A stretch of 63,112 nt of DNA, filler included, from Dugesia japonica (Eukaryota), in NCBI GenBank assembly GCA_001938525.1. It is 5 parts of 5 records of this genome, joined end to end, with 100 filler letters (N's around TTAATTAATTAA, not from the genome) between each part and the next. Parts side by side here need not be neighbours in the genome. Positions count along the whole stretch, not along the records: positions 23,921 to 39,526 come from MQRL01646994.1; 4 more parts are not named here. One strand, written 5' to 3'. The notes beneath the pieces were generated by a model. It was not told the DNA's origin and did no database searches. It worked only from the letters and a program-made list of their open reading frames with translations. Positions within the stretch are counted from its first letter, which is position 1, and each line of letters starts with the position of its first letter. Positions 23,921 to 37,423 of this stretch are shown here, piece by piece. Both the position numbers and the translations under genes were made by a program.

Positions 23921-24698
23921 TAAAACCTTTGCAATATAATAAAAATCTTGGTATACAAGCTCAAAAATATGCGGAAGTACTTGCTAAAAAAGATGTCATG
24001 GAACATAGTAAAAACGAAGATCGAGATAACGCTGGAGAAAATTTAGCATTGAGCATGATGGAAGTCACTGATTACAAATATTCTGGTAAATCATGTTTAC
24101 ATTTGATAATTTATTTCTTATTGTCTATAGGGTTGGGAGCAAGTGTAAGTTGGTATTCGGAAATNNNNNNNNNNNNNNNNNNNNNNNNNNNNNNNNNNNN
24201 NGGGAATCCGGCAACTGGTTAATAATTCTTATCAATTATAATTCTTAATTTATTCAGGTCATTTTACTCAGCTCATCTGGGAAGATTCAAAAGAAGCTGG
24301 TTTTGGAAGAGCAATGAATAAAGAATCTAAAATATGGTATATTGTCGGTCGTTATCAGCCACCAGGGAACTTTGTAGGAAGCTATAAAGAAAAAGTATTG
24401 CCTTTACCAAAAGGAAGTTAGCTCTTTTCATCAATTTATGCTTATATAAAATTACTAAATAGAAAAATGGGACACAATTCCAATTGTTGAAGAACGCTTA
24501 GAAGAGCTCCGAACTATTGAATATACTAAAGCTCGTAAACATATATTAGATAAATGGTCGGCCGAATGGGAAATGGGAACAGATAACGGTGTATATTTTT
24601 GCAATATTACTGAAACATTTACAACTCCAACTGGATCAAAATATACTGGAACAAAGAGTTTCTCAGAAGATCCCAGTGAATTAGTATGTATCAAATAA
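23921..24698 (+). CDS. CAP/SCP (GLIPR2/GAPR-1-like, venom-allergen-like) protein, 5' truncated
   Basis: Exons 23921-24085, 24131-24217, 24258-24416 and 24463-24683 with 45/40/46-nt GT-AG introns; motifs HS..., GENLA, WYSE, GHFTQLIW, VGRYQPPGN. It either ends at TAA 24698 or splices on from GTATGT at 24684. Confidence 0.9.
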
Positions 24699-24999
24699 AT
24701 ATCTTTCTAAATGATTTTTATTCCACCTTTACAAATTAAAAATGTTCAGTTTTAAAACGATGAAAAAAATCTATAAAAATTTAATTATATAAATTATTTT
24801 ATTTAAAAACAAACTTTCATTTATTAAAAAAGTAAATTTCGTTACAAATAAATATTTTTATCAGATTTCTTTATTGATACTCAAGTCTCTACATTTTTAG
24901 CCGAGACCATTATTTCGAATTCCTCTTGATGACAGTATTTATGAACCAGGATATAATAAATTACGATCAAATGAGACAGGTAACTCAAGTTTTTATACA

Positions 25000-25004
<5 letters not shown>

Positions 25005-25067
<63 letters not shown>

Positions 25068-25117
25068 NNNNNNNNNNNNNNNNNNNNNNNNNNNNNNNNN
25101 NNNNNNNNNNNNNNNNN

Positions 25118-25170
<53 letters not shown>
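25005..25170. repeat. (AAT)n microsatellite
   Basis: Direct reading; contains a gap. Confidence 0.95.
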
Positions 25171-25176
<6 letters not shown>

Positions 25177-27929
25177 TAATAAATAATAATACTAATATTT
25201 TATGTATAATCACGGAGGTGCAAATAATTCATACAATATTTGATTCAATTTGACAACCGAAGTATTTTTCAAATTGCCCACCAAATATGAAAAGAATTTG
25301 TATGTAGATAAATATCCAGTCAAATGTGACACACTCACACTACATTGAAACTCTACATATATACATAAAAAGCCATACACACATAAACCGAAGGAAAAAA
25401 GCAAATTTCCAGCATTCTGATTGGTGGATACGATACCACTTTTGAAAGATTTTCTTTTCAGTGGGATTAGGGAGGTGTGTGATGTTATGCGCTACTATCC
25501 ACATACTATTGTTATGTTTTATGCATTTATTTGAAAATGTTTGTAAAGTTTAATTGATTATTAATGTTATACTGTAATAATATTAATGCTGTTATGGAAG
25601 CTAAATTAACAACAAATAAAAGAGTTGAATTAGTTTTAATCAGTGACTGGCAAAGTTCTTCGAACTGATCAATAGTTGTTGATTGTAATTTAAAATACCA
25701 TCAGAAAAATCCATCGGAGAAAGTAATTTTTATATGTTACAGATATTCCTAATGCCTATTTTGAACATGTATCAATGGTAAATACGAGCAAATATATGGT
25801 TCATACACGATTGTGCACCACCACATTTTTCTTTAATTGTCCACAATTTTTGAATGTTTTAATACAGAACAAATGGATAAGGAAACGAGGTGCTGTAGAA
25901 TGACCACTTAAGACTCCAGACTTTACACATCTCGACTTCGTTCTGAAAAACCATCTATCTATTAATTCAATCAAAGTACATTTCTCAAGTAATCTATCAA
26001 GGAAAAATTTTAAATGATAAAGATAAAATGATAAATTTTTTCAGTTTATTTTTATTTTTTATCAAGGAAATTTAATATATATTCTAAAACAATAGTGGAA
26101 TTTTTAGAATATTGAAATTTCATTTACAAACAGTCAACTTTGACGGATAATGACTAGTAATAAAATAAAATGCTTATNAAATGCTTATTATTATTATTAT
26201 TATAATTATAATTATTAATTTTATTACATTAATATATGGTAAATATTCCCTTGTCGAAACTTCAAAATATTGAATTTCATAACTAAAATAATTAATAATT
26301 AATAAATAAGAAATAATTAAAATTGAAATAATTAAAAAATAAAGTAAAATTTTAATGACAGATTTTCAAGGTAAAAGACCAGTAAGTGAAAACATTTGAA
26401 ACAAGCTACAAATGTTAACAGCTTTTCGATTCTAGTAATGTTTTATATTCAATAATTTTTTATAAATAATGATAATAATAATGATAAAATCATCACCAAA
26501 TATTATTGTGATTATTATTTTACTTTAATTTTAATTTTATTTTACTTATAAATCGGGAATTCAATGAGATAACTAGTTAGATGAAAAGATAACACTATTT
26601 GTAAGTAGTCACTAAAAATAAATTAAAATACAATTAGTTGTTGCAATTAAATTAAACATATTTTTCTGAGTAATTCTTTTTAACTGATGCATATAATTAA
26701 AAAATACAAACTGAATATATCAATTGTATTATTCTACAATTGTAAAATTTCATTATCGATTGAATACATTTTCTATAAATTAATAAAATAAAAAATAGAC
26801 TAAGTATTTTATGAGCAGGAAGCCGCCCCATGATAAAAAAATATACATAGAAATTAAATCATTTGCAGAATATTTTTTGAATTAAACGTTTTTATGCATC
26901 ATATTTTTAAAAAAGAAAAGATCAAAAGATAAATACTTATCGTCGATGTGGCATGCAAATGAGGTCAACTAAAAGGGTTCCCATCAATCACTCGTCTTTT
27001 AGGCGCCTCAGTTTGTCTTTTTTGTTTGTTTGCTCAAGACATACTCAAGAGATCTTATTTTTATCGACACCGGTGTCTTCCACCAACTTTTTTTCTTCCT
27101 TTTTTCCAAAGAACCTCTTGTCTGCATTGATTTTTCCATCAACTTGTTTGGCAAAATTCGACGCAGAATTTTACGTTGACCAACAATATCGTTGTCAAAA
27201 ATTATTAAAACATGTACCCAACATATTTAAAGAAACATAACAATAGTTTTATTATAGACAGAAATGAATAAACGCACAGAGTGCATGCACTGGGAATAAA
27301 TTTTTCAGATTTACATTTTAGAACTCATTGGTGAACATCATTATTTGAATTTTCACCTCGTAAACTTTTAATTTGAATTCAAAAATCCGTTAATTATTAA
27401 GTTTTTAAAAGAAACACATTTAAATATAAAAAAAATTATTAAAATCATTAAACATTTTTTCATCATAGTGTTACACAATGTCTAAATTTGTAGCTGACAA
27501 AAGACATATTCGGTACTGTATTCAATACGAATATGATTGTGGTGGCCAAAATGATTTTTCTAACTTATGGAAATGTCATAAGCTGCAGATTTAAATGATT
27601 ACGAAAAGTAAATACATTCTTTGAAAGTCGTGAAATTTCTTCGGACAATGATGCTCTACAAAATTGGTTTAAAAATCCAAGCTGTTCAAAAGATCTTAAT
27701 TTGATTGGTCAAGTCGGAAGATCTGATTTTGGTTGATTCATGAATTGACGCTAATTCTCTCTGTTTTTAATTTATAAGTCATTAGTAATGATCTTGAGAT
27801 TTTTTGAAAGTAAATAGGGACTGAAATAAGAAATAAATGAGGTGTGAAAACCATTAAAGAAAAAAATCATTTTTCTAGATCAAGTACTAATACTCACCTT
27901 CAAACTCGGTTACACCCAAAGATTGCTCT

Positions 27930-28119
27930 TATAAGAAAATAATTATTATTTAATATTTTTAGCCAATAGAAATTGAGTTAATTCAGTACTAAGTTTCAAT
28001 CAGTTCTTTTCAATGATAATTATTTATAAATAGCAGAGTTGTAGTAGTAAAATAAATGATATCCCAAAACATTAGTTCTGGTTTGGAAAATGAATTACCA
28101 ATTGAAGATTTACCTAAAA
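27930..28119 (+). repeat. 5' LTR
   Basis: Direct repeat of 31856-32045 with scattered substitutions. Confidence 0.92.
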
Positions 28120-31100
28120 TGGTGGCAATGGTCAATACCGATTCCAATACAGAGAGGTTATTGCTGAAAGATTTTTGCAGAGGAGATGACATTGAAAAAT
28201 TCATCAAGCAGTGTGAATTGTATTTTGAAGAAGAGATTAGTCTCTTGTATGTTAGATGAAGATTTGTTGGAAGAATTTGCAAAAACTTTGAAAAAAGTTA
28301 AAGGATTTCAGGGTCATTAACGTATGGCATTTAAGAAAGAGAAAGATGCTATCAAAGATTTTCAAAATTTGATTAACTACAGGTGTGGAAATGAAAAGAT
28401 TCAAAATTATTTTAAAAATGTAAAAGATTTAGTTGAAAGATTATTTAAAAATAAAGATTTTACTTAAGAAAAAATGGTAGCAAAGATGCTAGTATATTGT
28501 TCAGATAAAAAAAAAGTTAAAAAAGAAGTAACTTTGAGGAAACGAGAGAATATAGAAGAAATTAAAGAAACAATAACTTTAGTAGATTGACTAGAGAAAA
28601 ACCGAGATCGAGTTGATGCAGTTAGAGTTACAAATCGAAATTATCAGAAACCTGTAAATCATACAGTGAATAGACATGTATAGCAAAGAAAAGAAAAATA
28701 AAATATCGAATGTTGGTCATGACATAAGATCGGTCATACTAAAGCGAGTTGTCCGACAAAAAAATTGGAAGTGTGCTAGAATTGTCATAAAACAGGACAT
28801 ATAAGCTGAGATTGTTCAAATAAAAAACCAACAAAATATTTTGGATGTGAAAAGATTGGTCATATTAGAAGGTTATGTCAAGAAGTAAGGTGTAAACGAT
28901 GTGGAAATGGTGGACATAGAGCAGAAGAGTGCTACACAAATTTGAAAGCGAAAAGAACAAGTGAGAAATTTATGACTGCAGTAAGATCAAGAAACCGATA
29001 TAATCGAGTACATGCGATTGCACATGAAGATGTCCGTATAAACGATGGATATGAGAAAGTATATGAAAGTGATTCTGAAAGGCATTAACCAAACGCCAGA
29101 GCTCCACCAGTAGAGTAGTTGGTTGGAGCCATCCATTTTTAAATGAAGTTAGTAACTATCATCAAGGGATCAAAAAGTGAGATGAGATAGGAAAATTTAT
29201 AGAAAAAGTATACAGGTTCTTACAGAGGGAAAATTTTGTGGATGGTAGAAAAGTAGAATGGTTTGGAACAGATGAAGCATATAAGAAAACAAATATTTCG
29301 TAACATAAATGGCAAGGCAGATCAAGTGCTACAGTATCAATTCAAGGAAATAAAGTCGAATGTCTATTAGATACATGGGCTAGAATTAACGTGATGAATT
29401 TGAGTTGTTTTAATAAATTACGAGAAGTAAATTTAAAAATGAGTAATGAAAAATTGCTTTGTGCACATTGTAGTACACTTGAAATTGTTGGGAAAGTTAG
29501 AACTGGAGTGATAATTGATGAAGTTTGCGAAGAGATTACTTTCTTAGTTGCTGAAAAAGTAACACCAGATATGAGAAATAGATATTCAAAAGATATTTGG
29601 ACAATTTAGTACACTTGAAATTGTTGGGAAAGTTAGAACTGGAGTGATAATTGATGAAGTTTGCGAAGAGATTACTTTCTTAGTTGCTGAAAAAGTAACA
29701 CCAGATATGAGAAATAGATATTCAAAAGATATTTGGACAATTTCGACAGACAATTGAATGCAGTAACGAAAGGACAAGCCTTTCCTAGGAATAATGTCGA
29801 TGAAATGCTGGACAAGTTAGATGGAGCCAAATATTTCAGTTCAATAGATTTAGGTAATGCATACTTTCAGGTAGAGCTCGAAAAAGAATTTCAAGAAAAA
29901 ACGGCGTTTTCAACAAAGCATGGACAATATTGTTTTAATAGAATGCCATTTGGCATAGCAAAGGCACCAGGGACATTTCAATAGATGATGACGAAAGTGG
30001 TAGGCTGAATCAATGGAGCCATGGTTTATCTTGTTGACATTTTGATATTTACGAACAATAAAGAACAACACTATGAAGTCATTGAAAGAGTATTGACGGA
30101 AATAATGAAGGCTCGACATAGAATTAATCCAGAGAAGTATCAGTTTCTTCAAAGCGACATCAAGTTTCTTGAACATATAATTAACAAAGATGGAGTCAGA
30201 ACTGATCCATCTAAAATAGAAGCACTGAGAACATTTGGCAAACCTAACTGTGTGAAGAAGTTTCTTAGGAAAATGTAATTATTATAGAAAGTTTATAGAA
30301 CACTACGCAAGAAAATCAAGGATCTTAGAGCAGTTGTGTAGCAAGCCAAGCAAAAAAAAATTAGAATGGACAGATGAAATAAACGATATTTTTGATGGTC
30401 TAAAAAAATTTCTAATGACTGCACCCATATTGTGTTTTTCAGACATAAACAGTATTGTCACAGAACGATAAGGAAGGAAGAGAAAGAGTTATTGCCTATG
30501 GATCACACTCAATGACGAGTCATGAAAAGGGATATTGCATCACACGAAAGGAGTTTATTGTTTCTACATGCACTTTAAACACTTTTTGTATGGTAGACGA
30601 TTTACTCTTAGAACAAATCATAAAGCGCTAACCTTCATGATGACAACGAATAACTTGCGTCACAATTTCAGACATGAATTAATTATCTGAGTAGTCTAGA
30701 CATGGTTTTGGAATAAAGAGAAGAAATTCAACATGGAATGCAGATATGTTATCTAGACCAAGATGTGAGGTATGTGTAAAATGTCAAATGTCACATGAAG
30801 ATGCAAAGAAAGGGAAGAATAAAACGAGAATAAACATGATAGAAACAGAAAAAGAAGAGCAATTATACATTTCTAAGGACACAGATTTAATCTAGAAAAT
30901 AAAAATTTCGGAGGACAAAATACTTAAGACAATAGAAGAAATACATAAATTAATATGTCATGCAGGAATTAAGAAGGTGTAAGAATACATGAGAAACAAA
31001 TAAATTGCGAAGAACTTGTGGTGCCGAATACAGAAAATAGTTCGTAGTTGTGAAATTTGTCAGAAGGTTAGTGACGACAGCAACTAAAGAGAAGACAAAG

Positions 31101-31855
31101 AAATTAGAAGCTACCAATCTGTTTGAAGTCATATTCATAGATATATGTGGGCCAATGCAAGAAGCAAGTGGACGAAAAAAATACATTCTTGGAATAATCG
31201 ACCATTTTAGTAAAGATCTGGTTCTTATACTATTGATTAGACAAGACGATAAAACAATACGAAAAGCTATTTTTGAAAAGTGGATATTAATATTTGGATG
31301 TCCAAGAGAAATAAAACTCGATTGTAAAAAAGCTTTTAAATCCAAAGTTATGAGATAGTTCGCTCTGAAGTTGGATATTAAACTTTGCTTTTTGAGTCCC
31401 TATCATCATAATGCAAACAAACAAATTGAATGACAGTTCAGGACGATTCGAGATTTGATAAATGCAACACTTCAGGAAAGAAAGACAACAGATTGGGCAG
31501 ATCTTTTATGGAAAGAAGATTAGCAGAGAAAAATGGTATGAGTCACTTCAGGAAAGAAAGACAACAGATTGGGCAGATCTTTTATGGAAAGAAGATTAGC
31601 AGAGAAAAATGGTATGAGTCAGACGTTTCAAGTCAAACTAAAGAAAACACTTTAAATGAGAATACAAATAGAGAATTTAAAGTGGGCGATTTTGTACTCA
31701 TTAAGATAGAAACAAGAAATAAAAGTCAAGACAAATTTGCTTGACCTTATCAAATAATTGAGAGAATTCACGAAAGACGGAATGCAGTACAAGGAGAAAA
31801 TGGACCGCCATTAGAATAAAATGTGGAAAAACTTAGAACATTTTTAAGAAGAGGA

Positions 31856-32045
31856 TATAAGAAAATAATTATTATTTAATATTTTTAGCCAATAGAAATT
31901 GAGTTAATTCAGTACTACGTTTCAATCAGTTCTTTTCAATGATAATTATTTTTAAATATCAGTGTTGTAGTAGTAAAATAAATGATGTCCCAAAATATTA
32001 GTTCTAATTTGGAAAATGAATTACCAATTGAAGATTTAACTAACA
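31856..32045 (+). repeat. 3' LTR
   Basis: Preceded by the polypurine tract; ends in ...TAACA. Confidence 0.92.
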
Positions 32046-32599
32046 ATAATTGGATTACAGGAGAATAATTCATTTAAAAATGTTAAACATAGGTGAGATC
32101 ATTATTGCAGACATATACTGCAAACAAATTAGTGGTTTGGTGGCTACTCTCAACGTAAAGCGGTATGCATTAGTCTTCAAAGAAAGAATGATATTTTACC
32201 AAAACAACACCAATCCACATGTAACAAAGAAGACTATGTAAAAATTACTCGAATGGAAACTGGTGCTAAATCCTCAATATTCTCCCAATTGTGCGTTATC
32301 TGACTATTATTTGTTTCGACCATTACCCACTCTTTAGGCAAGAATATTGTTCTAGAAAAAAACTGAGATGCACGTGAACAGTTTTTTGGAGTAAAACATT
32401 CTTCATTTTACAAAAAGAGTATTCAAAGTTTCGTGGAAAGATGGTGAATGGTTGTGCAATCAGATAGAAATTACATAATTTATTAAACTTTGTTTTCTGT
32501 AATAAAAATGTAGTTTCATTTTATAATTACAATTTTTGTGAGAATAATTGCCGGACATTGATAGCATTTGAGATTTCATTAAAATAAAGAAAAAACTTC

Positions 32600-33990
32600 G
32601 ATCAAAAAAAAAGTATTATTAAAGATTTCCATGTAATATGATAACTTTCTGGTAAAACATTATGTTTGTTTTGAAAGTGCTTGAAAACTTCACTTTCTCT
32701 TTTTTGAGATGTTCATTAATTCTTGTACGGATGGTTCTGAATGATTCTTTTATATATGTATCCTTACATAAGGTACATGTTAATTTGTAAGTGATATTTT
32801 TTATTACATATATTTCTATCATCACAAATGCATTTGGGACCATGAAAATTCTTTCTTAGTTTCTGTAATTGAATACCCAAATGTGCTTGCCTTTTAAAAA
32901 TAATTCTTGGATTGTGTTTGAGTTTTAACTTTTTTTATTATGTTTTGCATGATTTGGTTACATTTCTCAATAATAAAAAGCAATTTAATTATTGTGTTGG
33001 ATTTTATTAAATTTTGTATTCGAGGATAGATACAATTTCATTTGGATAACCATTGTGAGTAGGATACATTTCTGATAATTAAATATTATATTGACCCGTA
33101 TGTATGTTGCGATTGATGTGACCTGTATGAACATTGTTAATTATATAATATATTTCTCGAATCATTGCATCACTTATATTCCCAACATTTAAGAATTAGA
33201 CTTAGTTCTCGATTCTAATAACCATTATTCTAATTTTTTGTTTGATCGTAGTATAGCTACTACAAAGTAATATATGTCCCCTGTGAAATGGTTTCATATA
33301 TAACTGGGTAGTTAATAATTCACCAGGTTTCCTTTGAATTAAGGTGTCAAGAAAGAGAATTTGAAAGTTGACTTCTCTAAAAAGAATTTAATGTTAAATT
33401 CTCTAAAAGAGAATTAGTAACAAATAAAATAATATATATATATATCTGAACCATAGATATATCTTCTTATCAGCTTTGAGAATAATTTTAATTTCAATGA
33501 AGTTCATAAAACATATCGCTAAAATAGGAGGTCAATTGTTACCAATTATACGGCCACTTTTTTGTTTAAAAAGCTGTTCACCGATGAAAATGCTGTCAGA
33601 GAACAGACACAAATTGATAAGAGATTTGATATCATTTTTAGGGACTTCTGAAATAGCTGTACGTTTTTTATATCTTTCAAAGAAATTACTTACAATATCA
33701 ATAATATTTCCAGGACTTTCAATGTGAATGGATCCATATAGATTTGTTACATCCAATGAACCAAATCAATCATCGTGGTTCCAGCCTTAATTTTTAATTT
33801 GTCCAACAAACTCGTAACTATTTTTCATATGTGCAAGAATAAAACTTAATAGTGATCTCAAATAATCTGCCATAAGTTTGTATAATAAAGTAGATGGAAT
33901 ATCAGAAGCATTAGCAATAGGTCTTCCTTTCATTGTTGTTTTATGATCTTAAGGAATATAGTACATATATGATGGAACTGGTTCATGAAA
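32600..33990 (-). mobile_element. Penelope-like retroelement remnant (RT + GIY-YIG endonuclease)
   Basis: SLDVTNLYGSI and FKQKSG RT motifs (33532-33760); NITYKLTCTLCKDTYIKES...IRTRINEH GIY-YIG motif (32700-32800). Confidence 0.85.
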
Positions 33991-34165
33991 ATTTTTTCAT
34001 GAAAAATTAAAGAATAATTAATTAAAGAAGACAATCGTAAAATCAATGTAATTTATAATAATTAAATAAAAAAATTAAAATTAACCAATTAAAATCTGAT
34101 AAAAATAATTTAATTCAAAAAAATTACTATTGTAAAAATAAATATTTGAATGTATCAAAAAATTC

Positions 34166-34200
34166 GATTCCTGACGAAGACAAAGCCGAAGTATATATCT
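34166..34200 (+). ncRNA. Degenerate hammerhead motif next to the Penelope element
   Basis: GATTC-CTGACGA-A-GAC-AAA-GCC-GAAG-TATA; same layout as 7611-7643 but the core is mutated. Confidence 0.45.
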
Positions 34201-34283
34201 ACCTACTCTAAATAATGGGGATTATATAACAGATTAATGTATTTTGTTATTTGAATAAATTAAAATTATTTTATGATTTATCC

Positions 34284-34307
34284 TATTATTATTATTATTA
34301 TTATTAA

Positions 34308-34354
<47 letters not shown>

Positions 34355-34479
34355 NNNNNNNNNNNNNNNNNNNNNNNNNNNNNNNNNNNNNNNNNNNNNN
34401 NNNNNNNNNNNNNNNNNNNNNNNNNNNNNNNNNNNNNNNNNNNNNNNNNNNNNNNTTATTATTATTATTATTATTATTA
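34284..34479. repeat. (ATT)n microsatellite
   Basis: Direct reading; contains a gap. Confidence 0.95.
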
Positions 34480-34617
34480 TCATTAATCAGAAATTATTGA
34501 AATATAAAAGATACTCATGATTATAATATAATTATGATACTTTATAATTATTATCATTAGTATCCTGTAAATTTCAATAATTTCTGATAAAAATTAAACT
34601 GATATTTATATTTACAG

Positions 34618-34670
34618 AACAATCGAAAAAAATTCCGAAAGAAAAATCTAAAAGTTGCTGTTTACTCTAA
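34618..34670 (+). CDS. Candidate terminal exon encoding polybasic + CaaX tail (xQSKKIPKEKSKSCCLL*)
   Basis: Acceptor atttacag|, open to TAA, downstream AATAAA signals. Confidence 0.55.
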
Positions 34671-34849
34671 AAGTTTTTATATAAAATTAAAAATTATTTA
34701 AAAACTATTTTTCAAATAAATTATTTAAATCTTTATTTTTATTATTATTTTATTTATTATCTTTTTAACTAATAAAATACAAAATAAGGTTTTATACAAT
34801 TTGTTTTCCTTAAAAAATTGTAAAATAATTATTTATTATTTGTTCAGAT

Positions 34850-35425
34850 AAAAAAGCGAACAAAATGCTTTGGTTGTGGAAAGGTGGGCTATCTTAGAAG
34901 GTTATGTCAAGAAGTGATGTGTAAACAATGTGGAAATCAAGGATATAGAATTGAAGAGTGTTACTTAAAATTGAGAAGAAAAAGGACAATGGAGAAAAGT
35001 TTACTACTGTAGGGTCAGGAAACCGATATAATACATGCGATTGCAGATAAAAACGTCAATACAAATGATGGGCATGAAGAACTATATGAAAGTGATTTTA
35101 GAAGTTCTCAATGAACAGTGCTTTACTAGTAGAGACGTTGGTTGGAGGCATTAATTGATAAATTATTTGATTGAATTTCATCAAGTGATCAAAATGTGGT
35201 TGAAATGTGGAAATTCACAGAAAAAGTATACAGGTTCTTAAAGAGGATGAAATAAAGATATAATAGATTGGAACATTTAAAGCAGAACAGAAAAAATATT
35301 TTGTATCATAAATGGCAAGGCAGATCTAGTATTATGGTAACAATTTAGGGAAATAATGATGAGCGTGGCTCGAAATAACGTTATGAGTCTGAGTTTTTAA
35401 AAGAATTACATTTAGAAATGAGCAC
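34850..35425 (+). mobile_element. Gypsy gag-protease fragment, same family as 27930-32045
   Basis: CFGCGKVGYLRRLCQEVMCKQCGNQGYRIEEC; collinear with 28820-29450. Confidence 0.85.
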
Positions 35426-35449
35426 TAGTATATATATGCTAGCGCACCA

Positions 35450-36000
35450 GACCCCCTCTTCTCGTCGACTGTTTTACTAATTTTGAAGTTTTAACAGTTT
35501 TAGAGTTGTAGCAGTCTTATCGGTCGTTACGATTACGTAAATAATTTCTATCGAATTCAGGTCAAAATTGTCAAAAGGTTTCTTGAGAAGGTTGAATTTC
35601 AAATGTTTGACTTTAGATTTCTTTGATCAAAAATGGTCGTATGGTTTTGAATTTGGTACCAATCGTCTTAGAATTAAAAAGTAAATCTTTCCTGTATATA
35701 GTTTACTGTAAAAGTATACACGGTTCTCTAAAAAAGGGTGTTATGCACTGGAACACTCTGACTTGTTTTATATATTTCTCGGCCAGACCTCATCACTTCG
35801 TAATGATACCATTCAGTTCAGAATAAAATTCTGAACATATTTTATTTACGCTTTGCTGTAAAGATATGCTTTGTTCTCAAGATAGAAATTTTTATATGCA
35901 ATGTCCCAACTTGGATAACAGATTATTAACTCTAGAAAAACTTATGATAATCAAACAAATTTAGTATCATTTAACTCAAAATAAAAACTAAATATATTTT
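35450..36000. repeat. Dispersed non-coding repeat (probable non-autonomous DNA transposon)
   Basis: 35452-35620 resembles 36740-36920; 35811-36000 resembles 56593-56765. Confidence 0.6.
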
Positions 36001-37129
36001 ATATATGGTCATTTGTATGTCATGACGAATGATTACTTAATATGCTTATTTATCTTATGTCTTGCATAATTCCACATTAAAAGTCGTCATGTATCACTTT
36101 CAGCCAAATATGTATCCTTAATCACTATTTGGTTGCATTTCTGCTTGCTCCTCTGCCTGTAAATTGTCTGCTCCTTTTCTTGCACTTCTGCCATTTCTGT
36201 TCCATCTATACTCGGGATACCAAATAATTAGTTTTTTTGTTAGTAAAATCAATATACTCTTGAATGTTTTCATCTTTTAACTATAGCGTATAAATTATTA
36301 TATAATTTTTTGAGTATTCTATAGCTTTTGAATATTATGCAGTTTCCTAGAGTTTTTGAGAAATTTCTAAGTAGATACAAGGTTAAGATTAACGTGAAGA
36401 TCATGGACCACTTTCATAAATAAATATTTTAAATGACATGTATTGTGTTTTTATTTAATTGCCCTGGGTTTGATTACCTTTTTTATGTTTCATTGTTACG
36501 TATTTTTATTCTTATAACTAATATGCCAATAGGTTATACAGAAATCTCTTAAGTAAACAATATTTTCATTAAGTGTATTACTCGTTTTATTGCATTAAGC
36601 GTTAACTTTAATAGAATATATACTCATTTTATTCGAATCATATTAAGTTTACAAAAATACATTTACTAATATCGAAGTATACAGTAAATTCATACATATA
36701 TAACAGTAGATAAAAAGTGCAGCATGAGAGCAGTACCCCACACCCTCCTCCAGCCGTCGACTGTTTTTGACATTTTGACTGTTTTAGTGTTTTGGAAATG
36801 TAGCATTTTGATAGGACGTTACGAATACATGAAAACCTTTTTTGAATTTGAGTTGGATCTGCCGATTATTTTTTCTTGAAGGTCAAATATCAAAAATTTG
36901 TTTTTTAAATTTTTGGTTCAATTTTATTATATGAATTCAAATTTAAATTAAAAGACTTACTAATTACGCACACACAATGTTTCTTAATAATATAAATTTT
37001 TCTAAAGAAAAGTAGGTTACATTATATTAATAGTCTAAAATTAAATTAAATTATTGTAATAAATTAAAAAATTTGCTGATTCAATCAAGCACTGTGATAA
37101 AATACTTCATGTAATGTAATGTGTGGTGT

Positions 37130-37420
37130 TCATTTGCTTACTACTATTCATTGGTTTACTACAACTCATGATCTTTATTGAAGATGACGGGCTTACTCTA
37201 TCACATTGACTTACTGAACTAATTTGTTTACTTTATCCATTGATTAACTGAGACTCATGGGCTTTATTGTATCAAATCAGTTTTATGTACCTACTTGCTT
37301 ACTATATCACATAGGTTTTACTGTAGCACATAGGCTTACTGTGTCATACTAGTTTACTGAAATACAAGGGTTTTACTGTGTCATACTAGCTAACTCTATT
37401 CATTAATTTACTGAAACTAA
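37130..37420. repeat. Degenerate ~21-bp tandem repeats (TTTACTG...CAT units)
   Basis: Direct reading. Confidence 0.6.
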
Positions 37421-37423
37421 TGA

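Larger units (their letters stand above)
27930..32045 (+). mobile_element. Ty3/Gypsy LTR retrotransposon, near-complete but decayed (gag-PR-RT-RH-IN)
   Basis: 190-bp LTRs at 27930-28119 and 31856-32045; PBS-like TGGTGGCAATGGT at 28120; PPT aagaagagga at 31846-31855; four CCHC knuckles at 28711-28932; protease LLDT(W)A; RT FSSIDLGNAYFQ, RMPFG, YLVDIL; integrase FIDICGP; many stops and frameshifts. Confidence 0.95.
27478..32485 (+). mobile_element. Decayed mariner transposase, split by a Gypsy insertion (parts 27478-27929 and 32046-32485)
   Basis: MSKFVADKRHIRYCIQYEY...LHPK before the LTR; WDYRRIIHLKML...FYQNNTNPHV...PQYSPNCALSDYYLFR after it (mariner HDNARPH and YSPDLAPSDY motifs). Confidence 0.85.

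Noticed and set aside
24881-25213. Poly-Y/L/I ORFs (also 34273-34500) and X-filled ORFs near 14075 and 53767-54127
   Set aside because: Translations of microsatellites or N gaps.
26953-27240. Possible Merlin/ISXO2 transposase fragment on the minus strand
   Set aside because: Only a vague ADKRFFGKK resemblance; catalytic residues are not identifiable.
9397-32485. Alternative genetic code explaining in-frame stops
   Set aside because: Stops of all three types co-occur with frameshifts only in TE or pseudogene sequence; host genes read cleanly in the standard code.
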